Of a DNA stretch of 64,000 nt, positions 63,930 through 64,000 are shown piece after piece. Every line of letters starts with the position of its first letter. Position 1 is the stretch's first letter. Below the pieces are notes generated by a model. It was not told the origin of the DNA. It saw only the letters and a list, made by a program, of their open reading frames with translations, and made no database searches. The stretch is from an uncultured Verrucomicrobiae bacterium (GTDB taxonomy: Bacteria; Chlamydiota; Chlamydiia; Chlamydiales; Rhabdochlamydiaceae): positions 896,001 to 960,000 of the forward strand of contig CAWDYW010000001.1 of the NCBI GenBank assembly GCA_963806855.1, given 5' to 3'. The position numbers were made by a program, and so were the translations under genes.

Positions 63930-64000
63930 GTCAACTACCCCTCCCTAAAGGGAGAGGCTTGGAGGGAAACTAACAAGCCTAAGTTGAACAGATTCAGTCC
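63930..64000 (+). ncRNA. probable 5' part of an IscB-associated omega/HEARO RNA (IS200/IS605 element end), truncated by the window edge
   Basis: GTCAACTACCCC start, CTCCC-TAAA-GGGAG hairpin, AGGCTTG...CAAGCCT hairpin, closing GTTGA then CAG. Confidence 0.7.

Overview
Chromosomal window from an environmental member of the Chlamydiota. The assignment rests on the chlamydial gene order pnp-rpsO/tadA-rpmE2-prfA-prmC-ffh-rpsP-trmD-rplS-rnhB-yicC-gmk-rpoZ-metG...recD2; the family cannot be fixed from the sequence alone. The first 11 kb is housekeeping and the rest is accessory-rich. It contains three autotransporters with unusually Cys-rich beta-barrels (two are inverted, Gly-rich paralogues), three 150-170 bp palindromic elements (one with a 12-13 bp target duplication), and an AAA+ ATPase that resembles eukaryotic mitochondrial ATAD3. 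An integrase-less ~8.1 kb island lies downstream of tRNA-Asn, bounded by a duplicated terminator, and carries tandem Inc-like modules, pseudogenes, a trypsin-like protease and a toxin-antitoxin pair. Also present are a PAS-HTH/AlaX/LysE operon, a probably secreted and degenerate CysQ-like protein with a duplicated 3' end, a 1253-aa protein of unknown family, a LysR-linked NUDIX + 2OG-dioxygenase + nucleoside-deoxyribosyltransferase-like operon, and the apparent 5' end of an IscB-type omega (HEARO) RNA at the right edge. All homology calls come from motif recognition by eye, not from database searches.
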